From Octopus sinensis (Eukaryota): a DNA stretch of 64,000 bases. The stretch lies in assembly GCF_006345805.1 (NCBI RefSeq), contig NC_043004.1, positions 95,108,001-95,172,000 on the forward strand, given 5' to 3'. Positions 52,760 to 64,000 of the stretch are shown in pieces (within the stretch, counting starts at the first letter, position 1; every line of letters starts with the position of its first letter). The notes beneath the pieces are model-generated. The model did not search any database. It worked only from the letters and a program-made list of their open reading frames with translations, and had not been told where the DNA came from. A program made the translations under genes and the position numbers.

Positions 52760-53228
52760 CTTAACTTGCTTGAAACAACAGCTAAATATTGCTCAAACCA
52801 CATGCATGGTTTTTAAAATGAAGACACTGGGTGATGTAATCCTCTATAGATTATATATGTAAGAAGATAATAGGATCACAGCTAGAATACCTTTGATCAT
52901 ATGCCTGCGTAGTCAAGTCTGAGCTGTGGTTCAATGACTTTTATAACATAAATGCTTAGATATTTACTACCAAACCCTCAAACCTTGTTACAATGCATGT
53001 AGCTAGACACCAGCCAGTGAAAAAGTATTCATGTAATTGATCAACGTGCAAGAAATAGCAGCCAAATCTTTCTCAAATCACACCCTAGCATCTTAAAAAT
53101 GGAAGGACACAAAAAGATGTAATGCTAGATACTGTCTGGAAAAAAAAGAAAATGGAAGAGTCATAGCTTGATTACCTTTGATTACAGTTCTGCTCTTTCT
53201 GGGTTGACCTGGGGTTAAATAACAACAA
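52760..53228 (+). mobile_element. Two degraded family F SINE 3' portions
   Basis: cttgct-gaaa-agcagccaaat...gaccttggggttaaataacaacaac; related pieces at ~13245, ~18260 and ~52020. Confidence 0.6.
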
Positions 53229-54154
53229 CCACATTTATGTGATACTAGAGTTAAAGAAACTGTTTTGTTAACCCAGAAAATTTATAAGAATCCATAGAAA
53301 CAAAGTACAGATAGAAATTATTATAAAATTCAATTAATTAAAATATTACTATATTAAATTTAAGAAATTAAATCAAGTTGAATTAAATTAATTTTTGAAA
53401 TCATCAATTAACTTTTATTTTAATTGATTTCGATTTTGAGATTAAAAATATAATTTTTTCTTAATAGTTCAGATACATACATAGTTCTCTTGATTGCCAT
53501 AGGCTTCTAATGCTAGTCTCGAGGTAAGCTACATTGTTTTATGAATCCTACAATTGATTACTCAAGTTTTTATTGATCAGCTACTTGAAGTTTCTCCAAT
53601 AATGATCTATCTGTGTAAAACTTGAAGTAGTTCAAATTGAATACTTGAGAAATACCTTATTTTACATCATCAATACTTGAGTGGTTTCGATGTTACTAAA
53701 ATGATTTCTCTCGTTAACATAAGGTCAAATTTTCACCAACAAGGATATAATCAATTTAATCAATACTTATATTTGTCTGGGACTTACTTCATTGTTTCAC
53801 AGCTTTGGTAAGATTTGATCATAGAATGTAAATAGATGTGATTAAATACCAAAAGGCATTAGTCCCACACTATTGCTTATTCGGCTACCAGCCACCTGCT
53901 ACATACCACCCTTCCTTTTGTATTTTATAATTAATTATTGTACAGTTCCTTCAAACTGTCTTTACACCATCTTCCTACTCATTAACATTTGCAGATTAAG
54001 AACGGTGAAGAACATGCCCCAAAACTATAGAAAAGATTCTCGTGAGTAGATTTTGCAAAGAAATTGATAAAAACAAATTTTCAAATTTTGCAGACTTCAT
54101 AACTTTACAGACTTCATAAAATCTATAAAATAATTAGGCACATCTATGTGGTGT

Positions 54155-55065
54155 GCAGGCGTGGCTGAATGGTTAAGAAGCTCACTTGCAGCTTCATGGT
54201 TTTGGGTTCAGTTCCACTGCATGGCACCTTGGGAAAGTGTTTTTCTACTATAGCCTTGGACCAATCAATGCTTTGTTAGTGAATTTGGTTGATGGAAACT
54301 GTAGAAGTCTGTCACAAATATGTGTGTGTGTGTGAGTGATTATGATTGTGTTTGTCCCCATCACTGCTTGACAACCAGTGTCAGCTTGTTTATATGTCTT
54401 TAACTTTGTCGTTCAGCAAAAGGGTCTAACAGAATAAGAACCAGATTTGAAAAAAAAAAAATACTCAATTGATTTGTTTGACTAAATCTTTCATCATGGC
54501 CATCATTCTATGATTGAAATAGATAAAAGAATAAAGATAAAATATGATGATACAAAATTTGAGAAATACATTCTTTACAAATTTTTGCACAAGGCCAGCA
54601 ATTTCGAGGTAGGTGTTAAAGATGTTAAGTAAATTACACCAATCCCAGTACTTAACTGGTACTTATCGACCCTGAAAGGATGAAATGCAAAGTTGACCTC
54701 GGTGGAATTTGAACTCAAAGCTACTGTTTACGTTATTTAACATTTCGGTAGAAAATCCATTTTTTGTCACCAGTGACAGGTCTATCCAAAAAAGGTGAAA
54801 TGAGTTTGTGAGAATGGATGAAATGTCACAAGGCATTTTACCCAGTGTGTTAAGGATTCTGCTAAATCACTGCCATTTTTTAAATTTGGCACAAGGCCAA
54901 CAACTTCAGGGTATTGGTGCAAGTCAACTGCATCGACCCCAGTAATTAACTGGTACGTATTTTATCGGTGAAGTCAACCTCAGTGGAATTTGAACTCAGA
55001 ACATACACACTGACAGATGCTTTTCCATCCAACATTCTAACAATTTTGCCAGCTTGCTGTCTAAA
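54155..55065. mobile_element. Degraded SINE A (+, 54155-54530) and two SINE B2 remnants (-, 54580-54720 and 54885-55065)
   Basis: Recognisable heads and cores with many substitutions. Confidence 0.7.
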
Positions 55066-55344
55066 TTTGAGAAATATATCGCAAGATATATTACACAACA
55101 GACTTAACAAAATAAACGAAGACAGATAATAAACTAAAATCAAGTACAGTAGCTTCGTAATTGAGGAGTTTACTGTGCAACTACATGCTTTTGAGTTTGG
55201 TCTCAATGTACAGCACTTATGACAAGCACCTTCTGCCATGGTCTCAACAGAGCAAGACCTTGCGAGAAGAATTTTTGTGAAGCCGAGGAAAGAAGTTGAA
55301 TAGACCAGAATTAGAAACACTTTGGGGTTTTCTTTTATTCTTTG

Positions 55345-55757
55345 ACCTTTATTCTTTTCTGTGTTTCAGTCATTTTGACTGTGGCCAAGCTGCAGCACCG
55401 CCTTTTAGTCAAAGAAATCAACCCCATGACTTATTCTTTGTAAGCATGGTCCTTATTCTATCGGTCTCTTTAGTGGAACTGCTAAGTTATGGGGACGTAA
55501 ACAAACCAGCATCAGTTGTCAAGTGATAGTGGGGCGACAAACACAGACACAAACACACAAATACGCACACACACATATATACAACATTAAATGATAGTGG
55601 GGGAACAAACACACAAATATATACAATATATATATATATACGATGGGCTTCTTTCAGTTTCTGTGTTCCAAATCCACTCACAAGGCTCTGGTCAGCCCGA
55701 GGCTATAGTAGAAGACACTTACCCAAGGTACCACATAGTGGAACTGAACCCAGAACT
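55345..55757 (-). mobile_element. SINE A with a locally duplicated middle segment
   Basis: Colinear; tgatagtgggg repeated at ~55523 and ~55591. Confidence 0.85.
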
Positions 55758-56734
55758 ATGTAACAACATTCAGATTAAATGTAGGTCAACATATAAAAAA
55801 ATAAATAGGAACAGCATTTAGTGTAATATCTTGGGCACCAACAGTAAAGCAAAAGATGAAAAGTTGTGATATACATTAGTGTAAGGCTATAGAAGACAAC
55901 AGATGAAAGCTAGAAATTCTTTTATGTATAACACCAGAGACTCCAGGAATAGAGCATCATATGGAAACTAGGGACACACATTTGTGTGACACAACAGACA
56001 AAAGATGATAAATAAAGTCAGGCTTTTGGGTAACACCATAAACAACACAAGCAGCTTAAAACATGAAAACTAAAGACATCCCTTAATGTGAGACCCTAGA
56101 GTGTAGAAGTAGTCCAACAGATGCAAACTAGAGTTGGTGCTAAATGTAATACTAAATTACATTCAACAGCAGTATTTGAGCAGATAAAAATCTAAAGACC
56201 ACCTTTATTGTTCTGCTTTTATATCATGTGTAACTTTTATGTAACAAAATATTTGATTATTCAAAAGACAAATAAAAAATTTATAATAAGCCAAGATGGG
56301 AAAAGAAAACTACAATTTTTCATATCAATTATAGACAGCATTACTAATAATAAATCATTATACCGTAAACTATTAATTTGTATTGTTTTCACTTTTAGTT
56401 ATACAAAATGAAAGACTTCTGCAGGACATAAACTGGGGAGTTAGTTTGTTTTTTTAATCCTTCATGTGTAATATATGTGTTAGAATCTTGTTAATTACAG
56501 AGAAATTAATTTAATTGTAATTTCTTGTTTGGCTCCTTTTCAAAAGAAAATTAATTCCGAGATATCTGTAAATTAAATTTTTCCAGTATAATAGTCTCTA
56601 TTGCTTGTATCTACCAATATTCGTTTTCTGTATATTCTAAGAATAGGAAATAAGAAAATTGCTATTATTTCATTGAAAGCTAAGTTAGAGACTGAAACTC
56701 CGACTGCGATTACATGAAGTAACCATTTCCTAGA

Positions 56735-56960
56735 ATGAATTATCAAAGAAAACTCCCCAGAGACAAAGTTGCATGCATAAGATACCTGGATGATATTCCG
56801 ACTGAAATGGCTAAATGGAAAGCTTTGATAATTACATTTAGATATGAAAGAGAATTACTATTTCCAAGATTCCAAGACTGCAAAGATATGAAGAGGAAAT
56901 AAAATGACACCTCATTTATTACGTGATTCTGAATGCTATTGTTAAGCAGAGACTAGGGAA
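56735..56960 (+). mobile_element. Degraded PLE reverse-transcriptase remnant
   Basis: IIKENSPETKLHACIRYLDDI..IITFRYERELLFPRFQD resembles the RYxDD and IKFT.E.E..LPFLD motifs. Confidence 0.45.
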
Positions 56961-57740
56961 CTAACATCAACAGCACATGTGTATTCCTTGTCTTCATGTT
57001 TAATTGCTTTTTATCTTTATCTCTCTTCTTTTGTTCTTATTTCTTCTTATGCTCATTGTTGCTGGAATAAAGTCAAGCAAATATCAATATTTTTATCAAT
57101 ATTGAACCCAGGTGAATATATTTTTAACTGTTTTTCCCGTACAATATTTCAATGTTGTCCACCATAGGTGTATTCAGTTTGTCAGAACGAGATATTTACA
57201 TGCATTAGCTGCAATATACAAATGTTATATAGATGATAATACATATATGCACTTATGACTGTGGCATTAAAATACTGCATTAAATAAAAGAAATCTCCAT
57301 TGTGTGAGACGTTTTCATACTGCCAACTTCTCATGTATAATGTGAATGTACCATTTTTAGACAACTAAAACAACTGGGGCAAGAAGTTGCATGTTCTTTG
57401 CCTTCTGATACAATAACAGTTCTAGTATTTTCAGGCTCATAGGAGGAATGTTCATGATACAGTTATAGTACTGTTCTGTATGTGTGTGTGCATAAATGTG
57501 TGTGTATTAGAAATTGTCAGAATCCATCAAATGTAAATAATGTAACTATTGTAACTTTGAGATATTAGTAGTTTGTACAAGGGTGAGGTACTTTCTTGAG
57601 ATTCTTTTTGTAGATGAAACACATTGTGGTATATTTCCATAGAGTGGGTTAATACTACGAATAGTAGATCTTAAGTTAGAATTTTGCTAAAGACATAGTG
57701 TTGTTGCTACTGCTGTTATTGTTGTTGTTGCTGCTGCTGC

Positions 57741-58100
57741 TGTTGCTGTTGAGTGAACGGTCTTCGTCCCAGAGCTCGCAAGATAAGAGAAGTCCGAAAC
57801 GTGGTCCTTTGCTATTCGTAAGACCCGCAGAAGAGAAAGCAGGTCAACCCCCCCAACACCGAGAGCATCGACGGATGGATGAATGCGCATCCAGGCTCAG
57901 CAGTTGCGTAGGAAGTCAGGGACAAGAAACAGGAAGAAAGGGTGAGAGAAAGTCGGAGCGAAAGAGTACAACAGGGGTCGCCACCATCCCCTGCCGGAGC
58001 CTCATGGAGCTTTAGGTGTTTTCGCTCAATAACCACACACAACGCCCGGTCTGGGAATCGAAACCGCGATCCTCTGACTGCAAGTCTACTGCCCTAACCA
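57741..58100 (-). mobile_element. SINE C with an alternative 3' tail (type 2), inside (CTG)n
   Basis: 57926-58100 matches 33900-34095; 57741-57925 is unrelated to 33717-33900. Confidence 0.88.
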
Positions 58101-58337
58101 TTGGGCCATTGCGCCTCCACTGCTGCTGCTGCTGCTGCTACTGCTGCTGAGTAGCCATGGTAAAATTTAAACAAGATGACCCAAATTTAGAAGGTAACCA
58201 GTCAGATCTTTATTAACAACCATTACCTCATATATCAGCATGGGTAATCCATGCACCAGTCTAATTAGCAATGAACTGCATTGAGAATATACTGCATACA
58301 CTTTACTGTTCAGTTTGTATATCATGGAAAACACTTT

Positions 58338-58550
58338 CTTACTCTCTTACTCTTTTACTTGTTTCAGTCATTTGACTGCGGCCATGCTGGAGCACCGCCT
58401 TTAGTTGAGCAAATTGACCCCGGGACTTATTCTTTGTAAGCCCAGTACTTATTCTATCGGTCTCTTTTGTCGAACCGCTAAGTTATGGGGACGTAAACAC
58501 ACCAGCATCGGTTGTCAAGCAATACTAGGGGGACAAACACAAACACACAA

Positions 58551-58581
<31 letters not shown>

Positions 58582-58751
58582 CATATATACGACAGGCTTC
58601 TTTCAGTTTCCGTTTACCAAATCCACTCACAAGGCATTGGTCGGCCCAGGGCTGTAGTAGAAGACACTTGCCCAAGATGCCACGCAGTGGGACTGAACCC
58701 AGAACCATGTGGTTGATTAGCAAGCTACTTACCACACAGCCACTCCTGCGC
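58338..58751 (-). mobile_element. SINE A, full length
   Basis: Colinear with other copies. Confidence 0.93.
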
Positions 58752-59015
58752 CACACTGGTGCAATTTATAATTTTTGTTTTTTTAGTCTAAAGCAAAGCT
58801 GACTCAATTAATATGCAGTAATTTTGAGACTGCAAAACTCACTCGCTGTTGAGGATAACAAGAATTGATTGAGGATAACAAACAAGTTATGGAAAGATCT
58901 ACTACATAATTACATTTCCATCTAAATAAATCAGACAAATTTATCAAAAACAAACAAAATATCTCCTTAATCTTTTGCAACGGATTCTGCATATTTCATG
59001 GATTCTGTTTCAGTA

Positions 59016-59435
59016 AAAGGAGTGGCTGTGTGGTAAGTAGCTTGCTAACCAGCCACATGGTTCCGGGTTCAGTCCCACTGCATGGCATCTTGGGCAAGTG
59101 TCTTCTGCTATAGCCCCGGGCCGACCAATGCCTTGCGAGCGGATTTGGTAGACGGAAACTGAAAGAAGCCTGTCGTATATATGTATATATATATTTATGT
59201 GTGTATGTGTGTGTGTGCTTGTGTGTCTGTGTTTGTCCCTCCAACATCACTTGACAACCGATGCTGGTGTGTTTACGTCCCCGTAACTTAGCGGTTCGGC
59301 AAAAGGGACCGATAGAATAAGTACTGGGCTTACAAAGAATAAGCCTGGGGTCGATTTGCTCGACTAAAGGCGGTGCTCCAGCATGGCCGCAGTCAAATGA
59401 CTGAAACAAGTAAAAGAGTAAAGAGTAAAGAGACA
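59016..59435 (+). mobile_element. SINE A, full length
   Basis: Colinear; cagtaaaa flanks both sides. Confidence 0.93.
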
Positions 59436-59485
59436 GTAAAACAAAATATCTATAACTATAACAACAACCATACGGACACTTTGGT

Positions 59486-59824
59486 TGCTGAAACCCCGCT
59501 TCAGTCATGACTGACCATGGGATTGCACCTAGAAAGTTACCCTCCCAGGCACAAGTCCAGGCAAGGTTGTTTATGGAAGACCAGAAGTCGCCCATGCATA
59601 CCAGCCTCCACTCTCCACTACTCCAGTGTTATCCAAGAGAAAGGCAAAGGCCAATACGGCTTGGTACTTGTGACGTTACAGCTCATTTCTACAGCTGAGT
59701 GAACAGGAGCAATGTGAAATAAAGTGCCTTGCTCAAGAAGGCTACACGCAGCCCGGTCCGGGAATCGAACTCACAACCTCACGATCACAAGCTCGATGCT
59801 CTAACCACTGAGCCATGCGCCTTC
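59486..59824 (-). mobile_element. SINE E, full length
   Basis: A box TGGCTCAGTGG, B box GAGTTCGATTCC; 14-bp TSD acggacac(t/c)ttggt at 59472-59485 / 59825-59838. Confidence 0.92.
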
Positions 59825-59876
59825 ACGGACACCTTGGTAAAGGTATATTAATAAGAGAGTATCAATCAATCTAAAT

Positions 59877-60190
59877 CAGGTGTCAGCGAACCAGGGTAAA
59901 TTACCCCAAGTGAGGTAAAAATTAAATTCTTGGAGGTAATAGGGACTCATTAGACATATATAAAATTATATAAAAAACATGTTCCTTGTTACAACAGAAA
60001 TTTTTCTTCTAGTCTGAGGAGGCAGTCAAAAACTTGTTGCCTTTTGCAATAACCTACCTTTGCAAACAAGGATTTTCCACTCTAATGAACATAAAAACAA
60101 AGCAGAGTATTTGACTGGATCCCAAAGACTGTATCCAAATTGCTCTGGTATCAAAATGTCCCAATTCTGATGTCATTGCAACAAAAAGAA
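59877..60190 (+). mobile_element. hAT (Buster/Charlie-like) deletion derivative: left end + transposase C-terminus
   Basis: CAGGTGTCAGCGAACCAGGGTAAATTACCCC terminus; 60013-60190 gives SEEAVKNLLPFAITYLCKQGFSTLMNIKTKQSI*LD (LLPF.TTYLCE.GFS motif); right TIR not found. Confidence 0.8.
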
Positions 60191-60310
60191 ATAACAACAT
60201 CATTTCTCCAAAACCTGAACTGGAAAAGTTTCTAGGAAAAACCTTTTGTTTCATAATGAGGATATTAATTTATTTTATTGCGCTTGTTTTACACTTCTTA
60301 TATTTATAAT

Positions 60311-60495
60311 TGGCACGTAAAAAGCACCCACTAGACTCTTGGAGCAGTTGGTGTTAGGAAGGGCATCCAACTGTAGAAACTCTGCCAGATCAAGATTGGG
60401 GCCTGGTGCAGCCATCTGGTTTGCCAGCCTTCAGTCAAAATCGTCCAACCCATGCTAGCATGGAAAGCGGACATTAAACGATGATGATGATGAGG
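60311..60495 (+). mobile_element. Family D 3' end
   Basis: ggcacgtaaaaagcacc...ggacattaaacgatgatgatg. Confidence 0.85.
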
Positions 60496-60771
60496 ATGAA
60501 TTGTATTCTCCATATAAATAGATTCAATAAACTTCTTAAATTCAAAGAATCTGTGATTTTCTTCCCTTCAAATGAAGTGAGTAATGTCAGCATAAATGAA
60601 TATATTTTGGGGAGATTGGCTAAAAAAAGTTTCCCTGATGCCTGATCTAAATAGTAAAGACTAGGACTCCACCTAATTTCAGTTAGTAGCTGTCCAAAGA
60701 ATGAATTTATGGCAGTAAAAGTGCTTGCTACAATGATGAGGGTAACTTTATGTGGTCACCTAACTTACTAT

Positions 60772-61068
60772 TGTGGTGTTGGCAGTGTTATGGGCTGTGA
60801 TGAGCTATGTGGTGTTGGTGGAGAGGATGACAGATGAGGTGGGCAGAAGTAGGGCTTGCAGGGGCCGCCAGAAGAGTGAAAGGTGCATGCGTGGACAGGA
60901 AGCACATGTGGTCAGCAAGCAAGTGTGGTCAGTTCCAGCAAAGACGACAGAGCGACAAGACGTGTTGAATTCGTGAGAGAGACCGCTGATTTCGCCAAGG
61001 TAAGGCCTTTTGTATTTCTTTCTCCTGTTGCTTCTCTTTCTGTTGTCCTTTTCTGCTATCACACTACA
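60772..61068. mobile_element. Solo LTR (297 bp)
   Basis: TG...CA ends with imperfect terminal inverted repeat (tgtggtgttggcag / ctgctatcacactaca); 5-bp TSD actat at 60767-60771 / 61069-61073. Confidence 0.7.
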
Positions 61069-61583
61069 ACTATAAATAGCAATCATGTCACCTTTATATT
61101 ACATGCTTCTGCCTTTAAAGAAGAGAAGAATAATCAGATAATGTAGCCCTTGATATAGACGGTGTCTGTTAAAAAAATGGGAGCAGACAATCATAATGTT
61201 TTCGGTTACAGGCATGCTTAATTAGAATTGCCCTAGTGCTAAATAACTACAACATATGTAAATACTTACCATTTCAAAACAAATTCAATAATGTATCATA
61301 TTAATATTAATAAATACCAGCACATAAAAACTAAAAGACATAAATAGGATTGTTGTAAGCGACGTAGTATAATAGACATTATTTGAAATATGAACATCTG
61401 GACTACACTACCGTGGTAGAAATGAAAGATGCATTGAAAAATATCTGATTGTACTAAGTCTGGGAAAGAAGGGAAAGTGTTAAATGCAACTGAAAGGTTT
61501 TTGGTCATAGGGTCAAATTGATTATAGAGACAAAGGCTAAGCAATGCTAATACCCTTCACTCACCAATATTATTGAAGCTATA

Positions 61584-61815
61584 AGGCGGCGAGCTGGCAG
61601 AAACGTTAGCACGCTGGGCGAAATGTGTAGCCATATTTCGTCTGTCGCTACGTTCTGAGTTCAAATTCCGCCGAGGTCGACTTTGCCTTTCATCCTTTCG
61701 GGGTCGATAAATTAAGTACCAGTTACGCACTGGGTTCGATGTAATCGGCTTAATCTGTTTGTCTGTCCTTGTTTGTCCCCTTTGTGTTTAGCCCCTTATG
61801 GGTAGTAAAGAAATA
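61584..61815 (+). mobile_element. SINE B1
   Basis: 18-bp TSD aatattattg(a/g)agctata at 61566-61583 / 61816-61833. Confidence 0.95.
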
Positions 61816-62138
61816 AATATTATTGGAGCTATACCAATCAATAGTTGTGTCATTTTTTTTCTCTCTTCTACAGTGTTTTTTGGTCCCCCAAACCTGATCC
61901 TTCTAAAACCATACCACTTAGCCATGGAAACATATTTATTATATTATATATCAGAAACTCTATCAGACCCAATTCTAATTGCTTTCCCTCTTGTTCCTTC
62001 TCTTGATGCAGTCTTCCTCCTTGTATTTCCCATCCAGCATTCAGACTGAAAACTACTTGCATTAACCTCATTTCCTTTTTCCCCAGTCTAGGAAGATCTG
62101 CAAAGATTTCCAGCCTTGCTTCTTTTCCACGGGCTAAA

Positions 62139-62535
62139 TCTTTATATATAAAAGAGAAGTTGTGTGTCTGTCTCCTACGATTTAGATTCCTAACTACTCC
62201 CACATTTTGCGGTGCAGTCTAACCAAAAGCGGGTATCTTATAGTCGTGATTCATATCGAGCCCTTCTGGGTATTAGCGCGCGTCTACGATGAGTCTACGA
62301 TTAAAAAAAAAATTTACCATCATTTTTTTCCATTTTAATGCATTTTTTTCGCTATTATATACGGGAAGTAACTCTCTAAACATGTCTACGATGAGTCAAC
62401 GATTTTTAAATAAATTTACCATCATTTTTTTCCATTTTTAATGCATTTTTTTGCTATTTTTTTGGCTATAATTCTAAAAATGCTTATATAGTTATTTCCC
62501 TTACAAACCCAAGCAACACCAGGCGATACTGCTAG
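62139..62535 (+). mobile_element. Non-autonomous Helitron, copy 2
   Basis: A|TC...CTAG|T; colinear with 29575-29973; terminal hairpin degraded. Confidence 0.9.
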
Positions 62536-63324
62536 TTATTTATAAATACATAAGAATAATTTATCTATCTCTTTTTTAATATAAGACTTGGTGTAAAGAT
62601 ATAGCACTGACTCGGACATTTTATCATAAAATGTAAACATTTTACCAAATCACTAAAACTTACCACATGTTACAAATGGTTTTACTGTTCAGTATATTAC
62701 AACACTAAATAAACAAATTAATCATACAATGAATATATTTATGTCTATTTTATCACACTGAAGCAGCTGGTTTTTACATTCTAATGTTGTTATTACTACT
62801 TGCTACTTTATCACAAAATTAGAGTATTATTCTCATTCACAGTTAAGTATGTATCCTACAGTTTCAAGAGCATACAGCTGTTGTGTGTAAGAAGAATAAA
62901 ATGATAATAACGAATATATAATCTAAGACAGTTTCGCTCAAGTCAAATATTTTAGTTAATAATCTTTTGATAGGGACCCATTTGATCAGTGTTTGACCCT
63001 GATTAAATTTCTTATACTGCATGTAAGTCTATTCTAGGAAATTTTCCCTGCCTAAATTTTGGTACCTATTTGTCACAGATACACCAAATTGAAGCACAAT
63101 TGAAACAATGAAATTCCTGCAGGGATTTTCAATTCCTCAGTCATCAACTGATGTTTCAAATTGGGATTATATTATGTCTATCTTTAATCTTGTACACTGT
63201 TTCAATTGACTTCTCTTGACATTGATAACAATCTAAAGGGCAATTGGTCCGTAGAACTGGTAGGGTGTCCAGTAAAATACCTTTATTTATACTAATTTAT
63301 ATTCAGTTTTAGTATTTTACATTT

Positions 63325-63990
63325 ATTTTTTACTTTTATCTTTTACTTGATTTAGTCATTAGGTTGTGGCCATGCTGGGTATTAGGGTCACAACCTGGTA
63401 GACAGGGCTCTGGTGAAAATCCTCGGAGTGTCTGCTTCAGCAACTGGCAGCTCGTCAGTCGTTCTGTCCCTGCGTCTGCGGACAATCTGTGGCAAACAGG
63501 ATGTCTCCACATGCGGGATTGTTGGGGACTGCTTGTGAAATCCACATATTCCCACAAAACTTCTTCCATGAGTAGAAGAAGCCGACTCAACCCACCCAGG
63601 GTGAATGTCACCACAAGTAAGTAAGTAAGGCCATGTTGGGGCATCACCTTGAAGAATTTTTAATTAAATGAATTCACCCCAGTACTTTATTCCCAAAACC
63701 TGTTACTTATTCCATCAGTCTTTTTACCGAACTACTAAGTAACAATGACTTAAATACAACAACACTAGTGGTCAAGTGGTGGTGGGAGATAGACATAAAG
63801 ACACATGCACATAGATATATTCGTATATACAACAGGCTTCTTCCAGTTTCCGTCTACCAAATCCACTCACAACACTTTGTTCAGCCTGAAGCTACTTTAG
63901 AAGACTTTTGTCCAAAGTGTCTTGTAGTGAGACTGAACCCAGAACCATGTGGTTGGGAAGCAAGCTTCTTCTTAACACACAGACACATCT
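63325..63990 (-). mobile_element. Degraded SINE A interrupted by family G
   Basis: A tail, body and head segments in order around the insertion. Confidence 0.75.
63379..63628 (+). mobile_element. Family G retroposon, shorter 5'-truncated copy
   Basis: (AAGT)n tail; TSD ggccatg(c/t)tgg at 63368-63378 / 63629-63639. Confidence 0.88.
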
Positions 63991-64000
63991 GCTGTTATTG

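Noticed and set aside
58845-58924. Minus-strand exon-like segment with good splice signals
   Set aside because: Isolated and contains a local 12-bp duplication; it shows that such pairs also arise on the opposite strand

Overview
AT-rich eukaryotic genomic DNA saturated with microsatellites. The SINE repertoire and repeat load suggest a coleoid cephalopod, probably Octopus (inference, no database search run). No intact gene, rRNA, true tRNA or CRISPR array can be supported, and almost all ORFs in the supplied track are microsatellite or SINE read-through. The window is a mosaic of at least five tRNA-headed SINE families (working names A, B1/B2, C, E, plus headless tails F), RTE-type 3' ends (D), R4/Dong-like and Penelope-like (PLE) retrotransposon remnants, hAT and Tc1-like relics, two non-autonomous Helitrons, a solo LTR and a ~1.2-1.5 kb tandem triplication. 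The most notable signal is a set of six type I hammerhead-ribozyme (HHR)-like motifs in short PLE-like termini, most of them adjoining (TA)n tracts. One is canonical, has an enlarged helix II, and its predicted cleavage site coincides with the start of a perfect 52-bp inverted repeat. Three others share a fixed A6-to-U core change. A tentative chain of plus-strand micro-exons (35.8-54 kb) may belong to a host gene but is unproven.
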